Source: Klebsormidium nitens
Taxonomy: Eukaryota; Plantae; Klebsormidiophyceae
Direction: 5' to 3'
Assembly: GCA_000708835.1 (NCBI GenBank)
Contig: DF237456.1
Coordinates: 1-64,000, forward strand
DNA length: 64,000 nt
Part shown: piece after piece, positions 1 to 13,921 of the stretch
How the letters are laid out: every line of letters begins with the position of its first letter
How positions within the stretch are numbered: the stretch's first letter is position 1
Program-made: the position numbers and the translations under genes
The notes under the pieces: generated by a model
Seen by the model: the letters and a program-made list of their open reading frames with translations, nothing else
Database searches by the model: none
What the model was told of the DNA's origin: nothing

Positions 1-273
1 CTCAAGAAAGAAGCGTGTATACAACACACAAAAAGTGACCATGTAGGTATAATGGACACTGCTCAGTGCTGAGTGGCAACTTGCAAGTGCAGTGGTCACG
101 TGGGGACCATTTGCAAGCTTCGCCGTACACTAGTGGCCTCCATAGATTTAGCCAATTTTGCCGGAACACTCGTTGCATTATTGCAATATAAGAATCTGGA
201 TCATAGTTTAATGAAACGAAGAGGAATCTCCTGCTTAACCAACACAGCATTCTCGTGGAGGACAGCACACAGT

Positions 274-308
274 AACCCATCCTAACCTTCACCTAACCTC
301 ACCCGTCC
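274..308. repeat. Additional diverged copy of the TAACCC-rich MITE core
   Basis: aacccatcctaaccttcacctaacctcacccgtcc versus 58130-58166 (aacccaccctaacccccaccctaaccccacccgtccc). Confidence 0.55.
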
Positions 309-2642
309 TCGTCGAGTTTCGTCTGTAACTGTCCGACCAAACATTGCAGATTTACTCCATAAATCTGCTTCTTGCACCTTTCGAGTTTGATTGTACCAAG
401 TGTACACCTAGGCACAATGTACAGGCTACCTGCTTCTTCAAAGAGTACCCGGTACCGGCTATTACGGCAGGGTATGGTTACTGGTACCCTTACGAACGGG
501 TACGGTACCGGGTACCTCGTCTGATACATGGAGACATCCTGACATACCTAGGTACAGTTAGTCAGGAGGCGCGTGTGGGTACCGCGCAGACGGTTCGTAG
601 AAGTACGTAACTTGGAAGTTGGCAATAGGTAGATTACCTATTTATAAGACACGCGCCCGGAGGACGGATACGGTTAGCGTGGTAATTGAGTGGATTAGGG
701 TGCTCTTTGCCGGCAATTCTGGTCGGTTATGATTTTACCCAAGCCATTGCACCGGGTAGCTTCATACAGGTACTGATCGAATCCTTTTCAGGTAACACGT
801 ACCGGTACCTAAAACTTGTACCCAGTTGGGAACGAGCCGCACGGTTTGCTGTAAACAGGGATTCGTACATAATTGCCACAACTCTCGGAGTCCGCCGGTC
901 AATCAGGGTAGAGTTCTCAGTGCGCACTGAATGTCATAGTTACGCCGGTCAGTATGTTGCTGCTAAGCGTTACGGACCCGTTTCTTCGGAAGCTCGTTCC
1001 GGGGGCGCGGGGCGATTTCCTCGCCGCACGATTCGGAGGTTGCCTCCACTTTTGCTCAGACCTGAGCAACAATCTGAGCCTTCCATTTTTTAGGGCACAC
1101 GCCTGCGACGACTTGTGGCCGTCGGGCACCGTTGACCGTTTTGTTCCGGATTTATCACGCGACACGTGTCAGGGATGCATTGAGAAATGTACGCAAGCAG
1201 GGCAGGCGCCCAGTGCAACCCTAAAATGTCGCTCGTGACTCTGATGACTTGCTTCAGACAGCGGAGACTCCGAAGACTTGCTCCAGCCCTCTGGTTGGTT
1301 CAAAGTTGTTGCCGGCCAAGTTTATGGGCTGGGATCTTCAGTAGGTAGTAGGTATCTGCTCCAGCCCTCGGGGGCGTAGAGGTCTGAGGGGAGGGATTCA
1401 AATTCAGTGTACATATGTACTGTTTTCCCCTTTCTTCATGTACGGGCCACCCTGCTGGGCACTTGTGCTAGCAAGTACGGAAAACGCTCGAGCATTGAAG
1501 TGCGCCACAAGCGCGCCAGCTTTCCAAACCAATCATGCGTTTTCTGAACCTGTCAACCGTGTCATTGACACAAAGGATGGCAGGCAGCAAGAGAAACACA
1601 AGCTGCTGGCGCCCTGTGTGTCAATCTTGGGGCGCACTTGACCCGAAACAGTTGCGGGTGGCACCATGTCACATGTGGGGCCGTTGTTCTCGAAAAGAAA
1701 GGACTTGGCTGCTTTGCCGCCCAGCCCCAACCAACTCTGATCATACCAATACAGTTATAATAGATACAAAACTTTGGAATGCGCGCCATTTTCGCCTGGC
1801 GCATGCAAGACTGTCAGGCAGCCTGAGCTAGTGCCAGACTTGGATATGGACTTGTGAGCCTTCACAGACTGGAAAAGCCTCCGCAAAGTGTAATCAGTCT
1901 CGTCAAGATGAGATTCTGTCAGCAACCGTGCGAAAGTACTGTCAGAGTGCAAGAAACTGGGGTACGGCTCATGAAGCTCTGTGACCCCCTCGCGCCTGAT
2001 TGATACACGTGACCATACCTATTGCAAGAAGAAGGGACCAAAGGAAGAGAGGAGTACTTCTCACGAAGCATTCTATTTCCGGCCATCCTACCAGTAAAGA
2101 GAATCTCCTGAACAACTTGCGTTTCAGCATCTTCCTGTGGCGACTTTTCCCTCTGCATGACGACCTGCGCCGCAGCGGTGTAAGGAGGAAGAGAGAAGCT
2201 GGCAAGGGCCTTTCTGGGTGTTTGGTGGTAGTGTTGCGGTGGTGCAAAACGTTTTGAGACATGCGGGAAGTCGTCTGTCTCTTGCAGTAGGGAAAGCAGA
2301 CGACGCTGCAAGCGGCTTCCGTAAGAAGACTCTAGTGGTGGTTAACATAAGTGAGGGGTCGAAAAGTGCCGTTGTAAGGGCTCCCAGCAGACCCACTTCC
2401 CTTGATTACTACGTCCAACCACCCAAGTGAATCATTACTGGCCGCTTAATGTCTTGTGACACGCCAGCTGTCCAATGTCGCCGCCCCCAACGTTGAGAAT
2501 CTGAAAGTTTCTCCCTTCCATTCGCCAAGTTTGCGATTGTCCCAGGTCACAGATTGTGGCAGTTCACAAATAGCGCCAGCAACCACTAGGACCTTTTCAC
2601 ACCCCACCAGCGCCAGCTGAGAGCCTTTTCACACCGCCCACT

Positions 2643-5619
2643 ATGGACCAGTTCCCCAAGCTGGAGCCCCTGCTCGAGCAGGAGGGAGAGTCTTCCCCCC
2701 CCGGTGCGAACACCCTCGAGGAAGGTGCGATGACCCACGAGCAGCGCAGCGCGCTCCAGATTGCGCGCGCGCGCGCGCTGTGCGAGCTGGAGGAACTAGA
2801 CATGGCGCCATGCGAGGAGCGGGACCAGAAGGCGCGCAAGGACCTGCTCATGTCCGAGTGCAGAAGGTGGTGGCACGCACTGCTGGACAAGGACAAGTGG
2901 ATCCGGGACCAGGTGGGTTAGCGGGCTAATCAGGGGTTGTTTTGAGAGCAAAGTCTGAAGATGTGGGTGTAGGTTTAGATGGGTTGACTGGCTAGCGAGG
3001 GGGCTTTGGGTCTGGAATCTTGATCATGTAGAGTGGAAAAGAAGTTTCTGGGTTGGACTGAGCTGGAGAGTTGGATGTCTACCCTCTCGGGAGTCGGTCA
3101 CCTTGAGTTGGAGACTGTTGGTTGAGGGGATAAAGTACTTGGTGACTAGCTGGTCAACTCGAGGAAAGCTTTCCATGTCTGGCAACATGTAGGCTTCTGA
3201 GTTGGCCAGAATGTCTTCAGTCAGAATCTCAGAAGCTCCTCAGCCAGACGATTATTGAAATGCAAAGCTTGACATTAGAATGACAAAGAATGGGATAACA
3301 GGGGGGCCTGGGCTGATAATGCGTCTCATTTGAGCTTCTTCGTTCTCAATCTTCATTGAGCTTTCGTTTTGACTTCGCAGAGTTCTCCTTAAAGAATTTT
3401 GGGGTGCTACAAACTTTCAATCTCCCAGAAAGAGCTTCAATAGTCCCAGACAAACTTCTGACGTTCCCAGACCGGTTGAGCTGATCTTCTTTGCCTAGTG
3501 ATGTGACAGATGTTTGGTGAAAGTCGAGCTTGGCCTGGAAAACAGCTGTTCTTCCATACAGTTTTTTCTTTGTTGTTCCTTTGACCAGGCTCCTGACTCT
3601 TTTCGGAGGACGAAGTTTGCTAAGTCTAGTGATTGTCTTGTCAAAGGCCAAACAAGGTCTTGTCAAACGTTTGAACCTCTTAACAAAGTCGAAGCTGTTC
3701 CATCGTCAAATGTTTGAACCTCTTAACAAAGTCGAAGCTGTTCCATCTCAACAAAACACCTTTCGATTCGACCTTCCTTTTGAATCTTGCTTTTCGATTT
3801 GCTTCCAGGATCAAGGCCTTGTTGATAGAGTCGTCGCCGCCATCCAATGCCGCTTCCCCGAGCAGTCCATCCCGTCGATCCGTGCAATAATTGCGCGCTC
3901 AATGCGCAAGGCCCGCGAAAAGACCAAGATTGCGACAACCAAGGCGGGCACCCCCCTCCAGACGCCCGAAGAAGACCTCCCCCTGTCCTCATTTAAGGCC
4001 ATGTATGGGCGCAGCACACCCCCCCTGGGAACTCTAGAGCTTCCCCACAACGCCTCCCCGATGGTCGACTTCGTGCGCACGGCTAAGCTTCCCCAAATGA
4101 GCGACAGCGCGACGAGCTCCGACGGCGGAAAGGCGACCGCCGAGGGGGGGCGGAAACGCCCCGCGGAGGAGACCCCCTGGACGAAGAAAGTGCGGGTGCG
4201 CAACGAGCATCGGAGCCCCCCGGCCTCGGGGTTGACGTCAGACAGCGACGAAGCGGTCCCGGGGGCTCTTCCCGGGCACGTAAAGATGCCGTTTGACATT
4301 CCCCCCGCCCCTCGCTTCAAGGGCGGCCCCGCCGTCTCCGCGAGGCTGAGCTACCCCCCCTCAACGAGCTACGCGACCCCGAGCACTCAAACCGACCTCT
4401 GGACGCCAGCCAAAAGTGGTCGGCAGGAGGCAGCGGACGACTTTATGGTCAGGGCTGCGACGGCGACGCCCCCCCGGACGACAGGGCACAATGGAGCTGG
4501 CTATGGAATGGCGGTGAGTGAAACTCGTCAGTTGAGGGATAGGCGAAAATGTGCTTTCGACAAAACCTGTGATGCAAGTCCAGCTGGTCAGGCAACGAAA
4601 CTCTACTACTCTTTTGTCTGTGGTCTTACGCATTTTAGCCGTCGTTGTTTTCGATGGTCGTTGTTAACGAGTATGAGTTTTGGTTTCTCGCTGTTGAGCA
4701 TAAGCGTGGGTCCTTTTCATTTTTTGTCATCCTCCCAAACCGGGGCAAAGCTCGAGGTGTCCGGATTCAAAAGTGCTTCTGGTTATCCACTTTTTGGCTG
4801 ATAATCAGGGTCTTGCCATGTTCTCTCAAGCAACATCTTTCCTTTTCCCAAACCGCTCATGAAGTGTCATCCCTCTCTTACAGGATGACGTCAAGGACCG
4901 CATGCGCGCCCTCGAGCTGCGGGTCGCTCAGCTTCAGGCGCAGCAGTCCACTTGGCAGGCGGAGAAGTTGGCCCTCGAGTGGCACGTCCAGAAACTAGAG
5001 GGGGGAGAGATGCGCGCGCGAGAAGCGCTCGCGCAGTTCCAGGCGCGGGCCGAGGGGCTCGAGCGGGAGCTGCACATGAAGGCGCTCGCGAATGCGGACC
5101 TGGAGCGCCAGGTGAGGGCCATCGGACGGCTGTGATAAGCCCTCAAGTAGAATTGAACGGTCTCGTTCGTACGGAAGAAATCGTGAACGTTTTCCGCGAG
5201 CTTCGAAAGCGATCGGCCTCATGCTTACCGTCTTTGAGACCATTCCCCTATCGTATGTTGCGATTTCAAGGCGCCCGTTCCTGCTCGATCCCATACTTCG
5301 CTCCTTGTTCGTTTCAAGCAGCAATGGCAGTCAGTGGACGCTAGATCGTTCCGCTTCGTTTCCGGTTCCGTTCATGGTTCTGATCCGTTCCTTTTCCCTG
5401 CAGGTCCGGACACTCGCGTACGCTCTCCGGGGGTCCGCCGTCGAACTAGACTGCGCGCCCGCCGCCCCCGCCTCCCTGTTTCACGACTACTCGCAACAAA
5501 GGGAGCAACAGAAGCTGCTCCCCGCTCTGCTCTTGGCGTACCAGAAAATGATGCAGGGGGGACACGTGTCAACCGCCCACATGCCCCAGATCGAAGGCGA
5601 GGATCAGACACGGCCGTGA
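2643..5619 (+). CDS. Hypothetical protein (about 472 aa) with Pro/Ser/Ala-rich middle and C-terminal coiled coil; model join(2643..2912,3809..4513,4884..5111,5404..5619)
   Basis: Four GC-rich, coding-like segments join in phase 0 through canonical sites: CAG|gtgggt 2913, ttccag|GAT 3809, GCG|gtgagt 4514, ttacag|GAT 4884, CAG|gtgagg 5112, ctgcag|GTC 5404. Stop is TGA at 5617-5619. Exon 3 (MRALELRVAQLQAQQ...LERELHMK) has heptad coiled-coil character. No family recognised; the exon 1-2 join is the least certain. Confidence 0.6.
3662..3747. repeat. 43-bp tandem duplication (1 mismatch)
   Basis: gtcaaa(c/t)gtttgaacctcttaacaaagtcgaagctgttccatc at 3662-3704 and 3705-3747. Confidence 0.9.
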
Positions 5620-5752
5620 AAGAAGAAAGCGGGTTTCATGGAATCAGAGGTGTTGATCCACGTGGCAGCATGTGGTTGGGGTCCGTGAAGTAAGAGAGCG
5701 GGTTTTGTGGAATAAAAGGTGTCAGTCCACGTGGCAGCATCTGGTTGGGGTT
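5615..5752. repeat. Diverged 69-bp tandem duplication spanning the stop codon of the first gene; each unit contains a G-box (CACGTG)
   Basis: tccacgtggcagcat(g/c)tggttgggg at 5657-5681 and 5726-5750. The flanks also align (gtgaa..aag..agcgggttt..tggaat..aggtgt). Confidence 0.75.
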
Positions 5753-7300
5753 AGTGTAGGGCGGGCCTGGCCGGTTTGCCAAAGAAACTGCGTGCTGCAG
5801 TAGAATTTCTGCGGCAGCTGAAAGTTTGGAACTTCCAGGACGGAGCTGTACTGCGAAAGCGGACTAAAGCTAGGTACGTCGAGCCAGAACGGAATCCGCT
5901 GGCGGATTGAGGACTTCGCAAGCAGAAGTGTTTGATTAAACCGCCGATCAGAATCTTGTACAACGTTTCCGCAGGTCAAACACCTTCTTAGTCAGTTTTC
6001 ATCGGGCAATTTTTGAGCACGTTGCGAACCCTGTACTATTCAATGTATAAGCAGAGACTGCGCAAGAGCAGGGATCAAATTAGAAGCTTAGTGCATATGT
6101 AGGGTGCGGAGGAGTTAGGTGACTTTGGCAATATCAAGGTAGAATGTTTTTATAGGCAGGCTGGGGCCCGGACGTTTGCTCGCAATCTTATTCTGCCAGG
6201 CGTAAAGCTCGGTAATAATACAACCAGAATTACATATTAAGACTAGATCTTTTAGCTCTGTTTTTCCATATGATGCAATCATCTAGCCCAAAATGGATCA
6301 ATTTCATGAGGTTGAGCAAGCGTCACCATCAGTTTGTTGGTCGGATCCAACTTGCTGTACTCACTATTCGGCACCGTCACACATGGCCGTGAAATGTAGC
6401 AGCATGCCCGTGCGCGCCTCTTTACATGCAGCCCATGACAGTTCATGGATGCCGCAATAGACGGTCAGATCGTGAGCCGCGCGGGCCGCCCCCTGTCATT
6501 AGGCGGGCTGCTGTATGCAGTGCACACTGACGGGATATTAGTACTGCGTATGCATAACGCAATGCAAAACAACCGCCCAGAACGATCGTTGACGTGTATA
6601 ATTTCGACTGCTGCACCGCGGGCACATCTTCGGATGATTGTTTTGTTACGTGCCGGCCATGTGTACGTCAAGCGGATTGTCATGTACATCATGACCGGCG
6701 TCACGTTCAATGCATCGCGTCCTCATGCTGCATTGTATCTGGATGTAGGCCCGGCCTGTAATAGCTATGTGGTCCCACAAATTCAACATAACCCCCACAG
6801 ATTCAACATGACCAATCAAACATGGTGACGGCATGCAGACTATAGCTTGCAGTCAGGCAGCCCGCGGGCGCACTCCTGCAGCTTGACTGGCCGGCAGGTT
6901 GATAAGGTCGGCATTTTGTAAAAGGACCCATGCCGGCGAGGCAGCGTGGTGCTTTTTAGCTGCATGGAGCATGCACTGCAAATCAGCGCGTACTGCCCGA
7001 GGCTCACAATGACAATCGACCACCCTGCCGGATCTCTATCTCGTCTCGAGACGGTCCGGATTTTGGACTTCCGATTGCTGTTGCAATCAAGCGCAAGGGG
7101 TCCAACTAATCTCACGAGAAATGCTGACAAGTGCTCATGGGCCAGTTGCTCTGAGCTACCCGAACCGCATCTCAGCTCAGATTCAACAAGGAAGCCGACA
7201 CAAGCATAGGGTGGCAAGAGATGAGGTTTCGAAAAAACCAATGCTTCGTTGAATAGAACTCTGTATAATGAAGCAAACACATCCAGAAGAGTCCTTGTGA

Positions 7301-10300
7301 TCATTCTGGGAGCGCTGCTTCTGAGTCCACTCCTTCTCCATCGTCGGTCTGCGTCTTCGGACCCGGAGCCCCCCCGGCCTGCTTCTTCTTGATGCCGCTC
7401 AGGATATCGTCGATCCGGAGTAGCATGCACGCCGCTTCTATCGCAGTCTTGATCGTCTGTACCTTTACCGCATAAGGCTCCCACACGCCGAGCTCCTTCA
7501 TGTCCACGATCTCGCCCGTGTTGCCGTTGATGCCGAAGGTCGTGTTGGCGCCATTGGCGTGCTGCAAAAGAGAAAATGGTTGGATCTTCAGCGCTTCCCT
7601 TTGATAGAAACGCTTGTGGCATCCTCGAACTCCCAAACAGATGGTTTCAAGGACAAATTTCGTCCACTATCTGGCCCGTATGCAAATGCACCAAGAGTTG
7701 TGTCGCCGTCATACGCCTGCTGCATAAAAGAAGCTCAAGTATTGAGCATTATCAACACAAACAGCGATCAGAACTCCAAAGATTTCGAGACCAACAGTCG
7801 CAGAGAACATGGTTTGACGAGATGCCCAGTCGGGTGTTCTGAAACTCACGAGTCGTTTTGCTTGTGAGTCACGAACTCCCTACCAAAAGCCTGTCTCACG
7901 AGTCTTAGCCTCTTAATGAGTTGGCATTTGCGCCAACTGAGCTGGGCATGCCTTGCCTGCCACGCAAGCATCTAAGCATCGACATCGGGTGATGTACTGC
8001 CTGTCTGACGCAACGCGGGCTCTTTGATGTTAAGTTCTTCGAGGGTGTCCTCACCTTGGCTTGCAGCGCCGTCATGACCCTGATGACGTTGACACCGCAG
8101 TTCTGCGCGAGCGTTCGGGGGATCACCTCCAGGGCTTGCCCCACCGCCTTGTACGGGTACTGCACGCCAGCACAGCGAGTGTAGTTTGTTAAGGTTGTCA
8201 CATCTACGGCTTGCGAACAGTTCGCACTCCCGAAAAGGAAGGTAGGTTACGGTAGGGTGTAAAGCTTCTTAGTCACATCACATAAGCTGCAGTAAGCCGA
8301 AACTATCGGGCCCGGTCGGGAGGGAAGGATGTCCCGTGAAAGTCGGAAGGTGCAATCACTTCGACTCTTGAGAACATCTTCTATCGAAGAAATCTTCGAT
8401 CAGCATGACGTGAAATCCGTTCGGTAAATGCGAAATCGCTACGAGACCACCAAAGAAAAAGTTTAGAGGCAATTTTGGGACTCCGAAAGCTGATGTTTCG
8501 CCTTCTTGACTCTCGAACTCGCACTCTTTCACGGTCAGACTTCCAGAATCTTTGATGTTTTGACGTGACGATGTGACCACTATCAGAAGGGTACCCAGGC
8601 GACCACGTAAGTGCTGGATGTGCCGGTCCACGAAAGTATCGACTAAGCAACGTCATCCGTAGGCGGCCGCTTCCTCAGAACCTAGATCCATGATTGGTGA
8701 TATAACAACACGACGTTCCCTTTCCATGCACAAGATTCATCAACGCCGCGGGACCGTATCGGCTGGACAGTCTCTGCTACAAGTAAGGCGGAGTTGTCTG
8801 ACCCATACGTCCTTGAGCGGACCTAACAACAAACTAAAACAGACTTCCGGAGGCGACACAAACATGATCGGCGACACAAAGATGATTAGTAACAATCATG
8901 GGAAGACATCGCTAGAACGCACGAAGCGACTGACCAGAGCATCGAAAGTCAAAACAAAACAGAAGACTGCGCTGATTAAAGACGAGGCTCGTATGCTGAA
9001 AATCACCTGCTCGACACCCTCGATGGCCTCCGCCTTTTCTTTGATCTCCGCAGCCACAGAGAGCTCCACGGCGCCGCCCCCCGGGACGAGCTTCGGATCA
9101 ATTACCACGTTCCGAGCCACGCCCATGGCGTCCTGCAGCGGCAGTGCACATTTTAGATAGTATGTTTTCTTTCAAAAGCCGGTCACTTTTAGGAACATTG
9201 AGACTGCTTTTCGATAATGAACAGCGCACGAAGGTGCCTAGCGACCACTAGACTTGACGCTCCAGCAGGGGAACATTGGAGGACAATATTCGTGGTTCAG
9301 AGGATTTGCTTCAAATCAATGACAGCGTAAGAGACAACTGTGCGGAGTGGATACATGGGCCTGCTCAACGCCACTTGGTAATGAGCTTCGGCTCTCTTGC
9401 AAATACGGGCCCCACATTTTGCTTCCGACCTGCCTGAGCTTCTCCAGTACTGTGCCACCCAGACAAGATGAAGTTAGACAACCCCCTGCAATGTTGAACA
9501 CCGCCCCGTTTCTGTCACTGTGACGAAGTGACATCGGAATTGTCACTCCCACGACCAACGGAATCCAAGCTGCTGAGATTCCATGCCAAGTAACGTTCAG
9601 CGGCGCCTCGTGACTCACGTGCAGATTCCGCTCCACCTCATTAAGCACGTCCTTGCTGGCGCCCCGCAGCAGGACGGTGCACGCCTTGGGGTTCTCGCAG
9701 TCGACGATGAAGGTGAAGTACTCGTCGCCCAGTTTCTGCACCTCGAACAAGCCCGCGCCCGTGCCAATGTCGCTCTCCTTGAGCTCCTCCGGCCGGTTCA
9801 CAATCGTCGCGCCTGGTTGCAGAACGTTGGAGAAAATGTTAGTGGAAGCAATTAGAAGATGTGCACTTTGTGCGATTGTGTCTTGCTGAAGTCAGTGGTA
9901 AAAGCGGGCCGCATACAGGGGGTATTAATCTCCGGCAATCGGTTCACGCTTGTCGCGCCTGGACAGAACTTGCTTCAGGCATGATTACGTTCAACTCGTC
10001 CTTACGCAGAATGATTCGACTGATCTAGGTGCTGACGAGTAAGCTCCCTTTGTTTCTTAAGCCCAGTGTTGCGCTTCTAATGTAAACCCATGAAACGGAG
10101 CCACTGGCAACGAAGTGGCTAGACTGTTGCAGAGGAACCAACAAAGCCGCCATAGCACTAAGTACGACACTATTGCCACTTGCTTTCAAACCAAGATGGC
10201 TGCCGGGAATGATCAATCAGTCGGGCAATGACCTTTCGTCGCTCTCAAACTCGCAAGAACCAGAGTCCTTGCTTCTCTGCCTCACCCACGGCCCGAGCGA

Positions 10301-13300
10301 TACGGTTGTTGTCCGTTTTCCGGATGCGGCGGATCGCCGTGATGCCGGCCTTGCTCAGGAAGTGTGTGGCGAGGTCGCTGAGCCCCTTCTCCGTGATCAC
10401 CACGTCCGGCTTGAAGCTGGCAATCTGCTTACACGTCTTTTGAATCCACTCCTCCTCCATCTGCAGCAGCGTGGCCCTGCACGGAGAAAACAGGCGTTTG
10501 TTAATCTGACGTTCTGAACCTTCAGAAGGACATCATGCAGGCTCGCTGAGACCTGGCCGGCGGACCTAGGTGCGATCTTGGGCTGATTGCAAAACTTGGC
10601 CATCTGCGCAGAACTTGGACAATTGGAGTAGTGGCATTGAGTTCATCGACGTTTGACGTAATGCGCATCGGGTGGATCTTTGCGTTGGCTCCATTGGACT
10701 TGAGTCAGGATGCGCGTAAGGACACGGGCTTGCACCCTCCCAAATCGATTTTGCTGAGGCCCGGATCAAACCGTCGACTGCATCCGCTTTTTGAATTAAG
10801 AAAGATCGAGAACCAGTGAGTACACCTTGTGAGACATTTTGAAATGGGACGCCCATTCGAAAAAAAGTTGAAGTTCCAAACTGACAGGGAAACCCTCTTC
10901 GACATCCGAAGACGGCTCTCTGCTGAAGGGGCGCTGGTGGTTGCAACAGCGCCGACTCAGGTAGCAGATAAACGAGAGATCCTCGCGCTCCTCTGATCCA
11001 AACTCCATTTTGTTGTCTACTGCAATTCTCAACGGCCTCTGCATTTTCATCCGCAGCCGACAGCCAGAACGGTGCTCTCCAACTTCCAAGGCTCAGCAGT
11101 CTTCCACCTCAAATTGAGCTGCAGGTAGGGACTGATTCCTCTGTAATCTCTCAACAATCAAATTGATGACGAGCATAACGAGAACTATTCTCCTTATCAT
11201 GCAAACCAGCTTATGCTTACCAGTCCTCCTCCTTGGTTAGCTCGACGTTCGTCTGGTTCTCCCCCTTCTTGTACTCGAGGGGGCAATCGAGCAGCATGAT
11301 CCGGGGGTGCTCGATCCGCCGCTTCATCTTGCCGGGGGCCACCACGTCCTTATTGAACATGACCCCCTTCAGCACGCGGCAGTCCTCGATCCGGCCCCCC
11401 GGAATCTTTTCGATCTTGGCATACTTCTTGATGTCGATCTCCCGTTTACCGGCCCCTAGGTCCACGGACACTGTTTGGACGGCGTCCAAAGCGAGCTCCT
11501 GGAATGCAGCAAGGAGTCAGCCTTGTCTGGAGAGACCCCTGAAGCTTCGAGAGATATTTTGCGCGAGTCAAATGCCTTTCACGACTCGGACCCAAAGGTC
11601 TTTCGGAAGCTGCAAGCTTTGCTGAGGTGCAGCCTTATTCGAGAAAGCTTATGCAGAGTAGCATCTCAAAGCCCTCAAAAAGCCGAATGGTCGATCAAAG
11701 CGGATCAAAAGCGTGTTGCTTGAGATGCAATCCAGCCGAACAATGACCAACGCGATTACCACAAAGGAGGGCAAACTCACCGACATCAGAGATCCGAATC
11801 TGTTCGTGAACTTCGTCCCTATGCAGCTCTGGATGATGTTGATCATCTGTTGCCCTGCAATGGACGCAGTCCTCGACTTCAGTCAACTGCATCCGCTCGT
11901 TTAGAAGCATCAAAGACAGTCGCCAATGCGGCTGATGTGCAGCAATACTACCTCCTCATAAAGTGGACGACTGCCGGCGCAGTAGCGAAAGCAAGCGTGT
12001 GCACGGTTCAAACTGCAAATCCAAGGACTTGATTCGTGTGTTCCTTGGAGAACACAAGAGACAGCCAATCCTGGTGCAAGGAGAGCTCAAGTACCACTGG
12101 AGTGATGGGCAAGGGACTCTAAGAGAGGTGCTCACGATCATTTGTATCTATTGGGAAGGAGATCCTATCGATTGTTGCGATAGCATCATCGAGAGCCTTT
12201 AGGTAGCCTGCACCAGAAGAAACACCACGCATTAGCACATAATACACAGTGAATAAGCTCGTTCTGGACGCTTGATAAACCGACGGCCTGATCAGTAGGA
12301 ATGCATGACAGATATGACTGAGTCCTGCTTGCTCATACACAGCCGATAATTCTCTTGAAAGTTTCCATCGGTGCGGAACCTTGGAACACTAACCTCGGCA
12401 TATGACGGTGGGGTGGAAGTTCTTTTCGAGGAGCGGCTCAGCGACATGGAGCATTTCTCCAGCTGCAGGGAGTAATTGGGGTATGATTAGACACACACAT
12501 ATAGCAGGAAAAACTGATGTTCGTGCACCAAGGCTACTCGAGAATCATAGGGAGACAAGATCGTGGATTTTCATTTTCGAACTCTTTGCTATACCAAAAT
12601 TGGCACGACCAATTAAGATGCAAAACATACAAGGAATGTCTAATACAGAACTCCTTGCTTTGAACAGGCCTCAGTCTCGAGTGTAGTAGCGACTCACATA
12701 GGATGATTACTGATGTGGTCCCATCTCCCACTTGTTCGTCTTGCGTCCTGCTGAGCTCGATCATTGACTGCGAAGCAAAGTGCACGAGCGCTTGGAACAA
12801 GAAAGTGTGTGCAGAAACCTGTTACAACTCCTTATGGCTTGCAACAAATGCCGCCAGCGTCTCTGTCAAGTAACTCTTCAGTACTTTCTCCTTCTTCAGC
12901 TCAACTGGCACTCTCGCTTTGCCGTCTGCGAGAGACCAGCAATCTCCAAAAGCATGAAATTCTACTGCCGAACGGAAGAATATGTCAATAGCTCAGATTG
13001 GCTGTGCCTACCCTCTCAAAGAAGGACTGAAAGTAAAAGTCCTTACCTTGGCAGCAGGGTGAGAAACATCGATCTCTCGCAAGATCGCATTCCCGTCGTT
13101 TGTGAGGACGATTCCTGCACGAATACGTGGTTGTAAATTTTGATGTCTGTCAGTCTGAACAATGAAAGATGGATTGCTTTAAGGAAAGTCATCATGGTGG
13201 CAGCTAGGCAAGCGTCAGGGCCAGCTTTCTATGTCATAAGATTCTATAACGACTCACCACCAGTGGCATCAAGGAGCATCTTCAACATTGACCGAGGCCC

Positions 13301-13921
13301 CAAAGTTGTCCTGATGATGTCAGCAACAGCCTGCAGAGGAGTTCAACTTTTAAGGGAATTCATATCAAGCTAAGATGGCGTGTCCTCAATTGTGGCTGAA
13401 ACAATTTGAGGACAATATACATTCAGTTGCTGAGTGGTCGAATGCATTCTTTTCTCTCTGCTAGAGCAGCTGGGGCACGGCAGAACCAGGGAGCAACACA
13501 ACCAGAGAGGTACAGGAGACTTAGAATTGGAGGTCAATCTTTTGGAGCACTTTGAGTATTTGAAGACGACGCGGGTGGTGGCATCTCACCTTGGCGGCTG
13601 CAATGTTCCCCAATTGAGCCTTCCTCCCACTTTCCCGCTTCGTGTTTGCATCTGCTCGGAAAGTAAAACACAAGATTGAATAAGATGGCAGCGATCGCTT
13701 GAGCCCCCAAGAGAAGGCATTTCAGGAGTAAGGACGAGCGGCCCATCAATCAAAGGCAGCTCCAGAGCAAAGAGAGAAAGCGTCCCAGTGTTCGCTGGTT
13801 GGATTTCCAGAAAGAATACACCACCTTTACCAGCACTAGTAGAACGGGCAAACGAAAACTATAGAAGAGCGGGAGAATGCAGGAGCTGCAACTTACTGAG
13901 CACCATCACAGGGGCCTGCAT
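7301..13921 (-). CDS. CCT3: T-complex protein 1 subunit gamma (chaperonin CCT3), 14 exons, 555 aa
   Basis: Exons (minus): 13897-13921, 13590-13651, 13258-13330, 13047-13114, 12698-12767, 12394-12462, 12136-12207, 11781-11854, 11221-11498, 10286-10476, 9619-9812, 9007-9132, 8055-8159, 7301-7561. All are GT-AG and phase-consistent (1668 nt). Motifs: MQAPVMVLN, IIRTTLGPRSMLKML, TNDGNAILRE, VGDGTTSV, KYAKIEKIPGG, VPGGGAVE, EVIPRTLAQNCG, TAIEAACMLLRIDDI. Confidence 0.97.

Noticed and set aside
6445-7622. ORFs 6445-6828 (+) and 6840-7622 (-)
   Set aside because: No recognisable motifs or splice support; the minus ORF is an alternative frame over the last CCT3 exon and its 3' flank.
8160-11220. Junction echoes in CCT3 introns
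   Set aside because: Only weak, short similarities (about 8640-8690 and 10520-10620); not convincing by eye.
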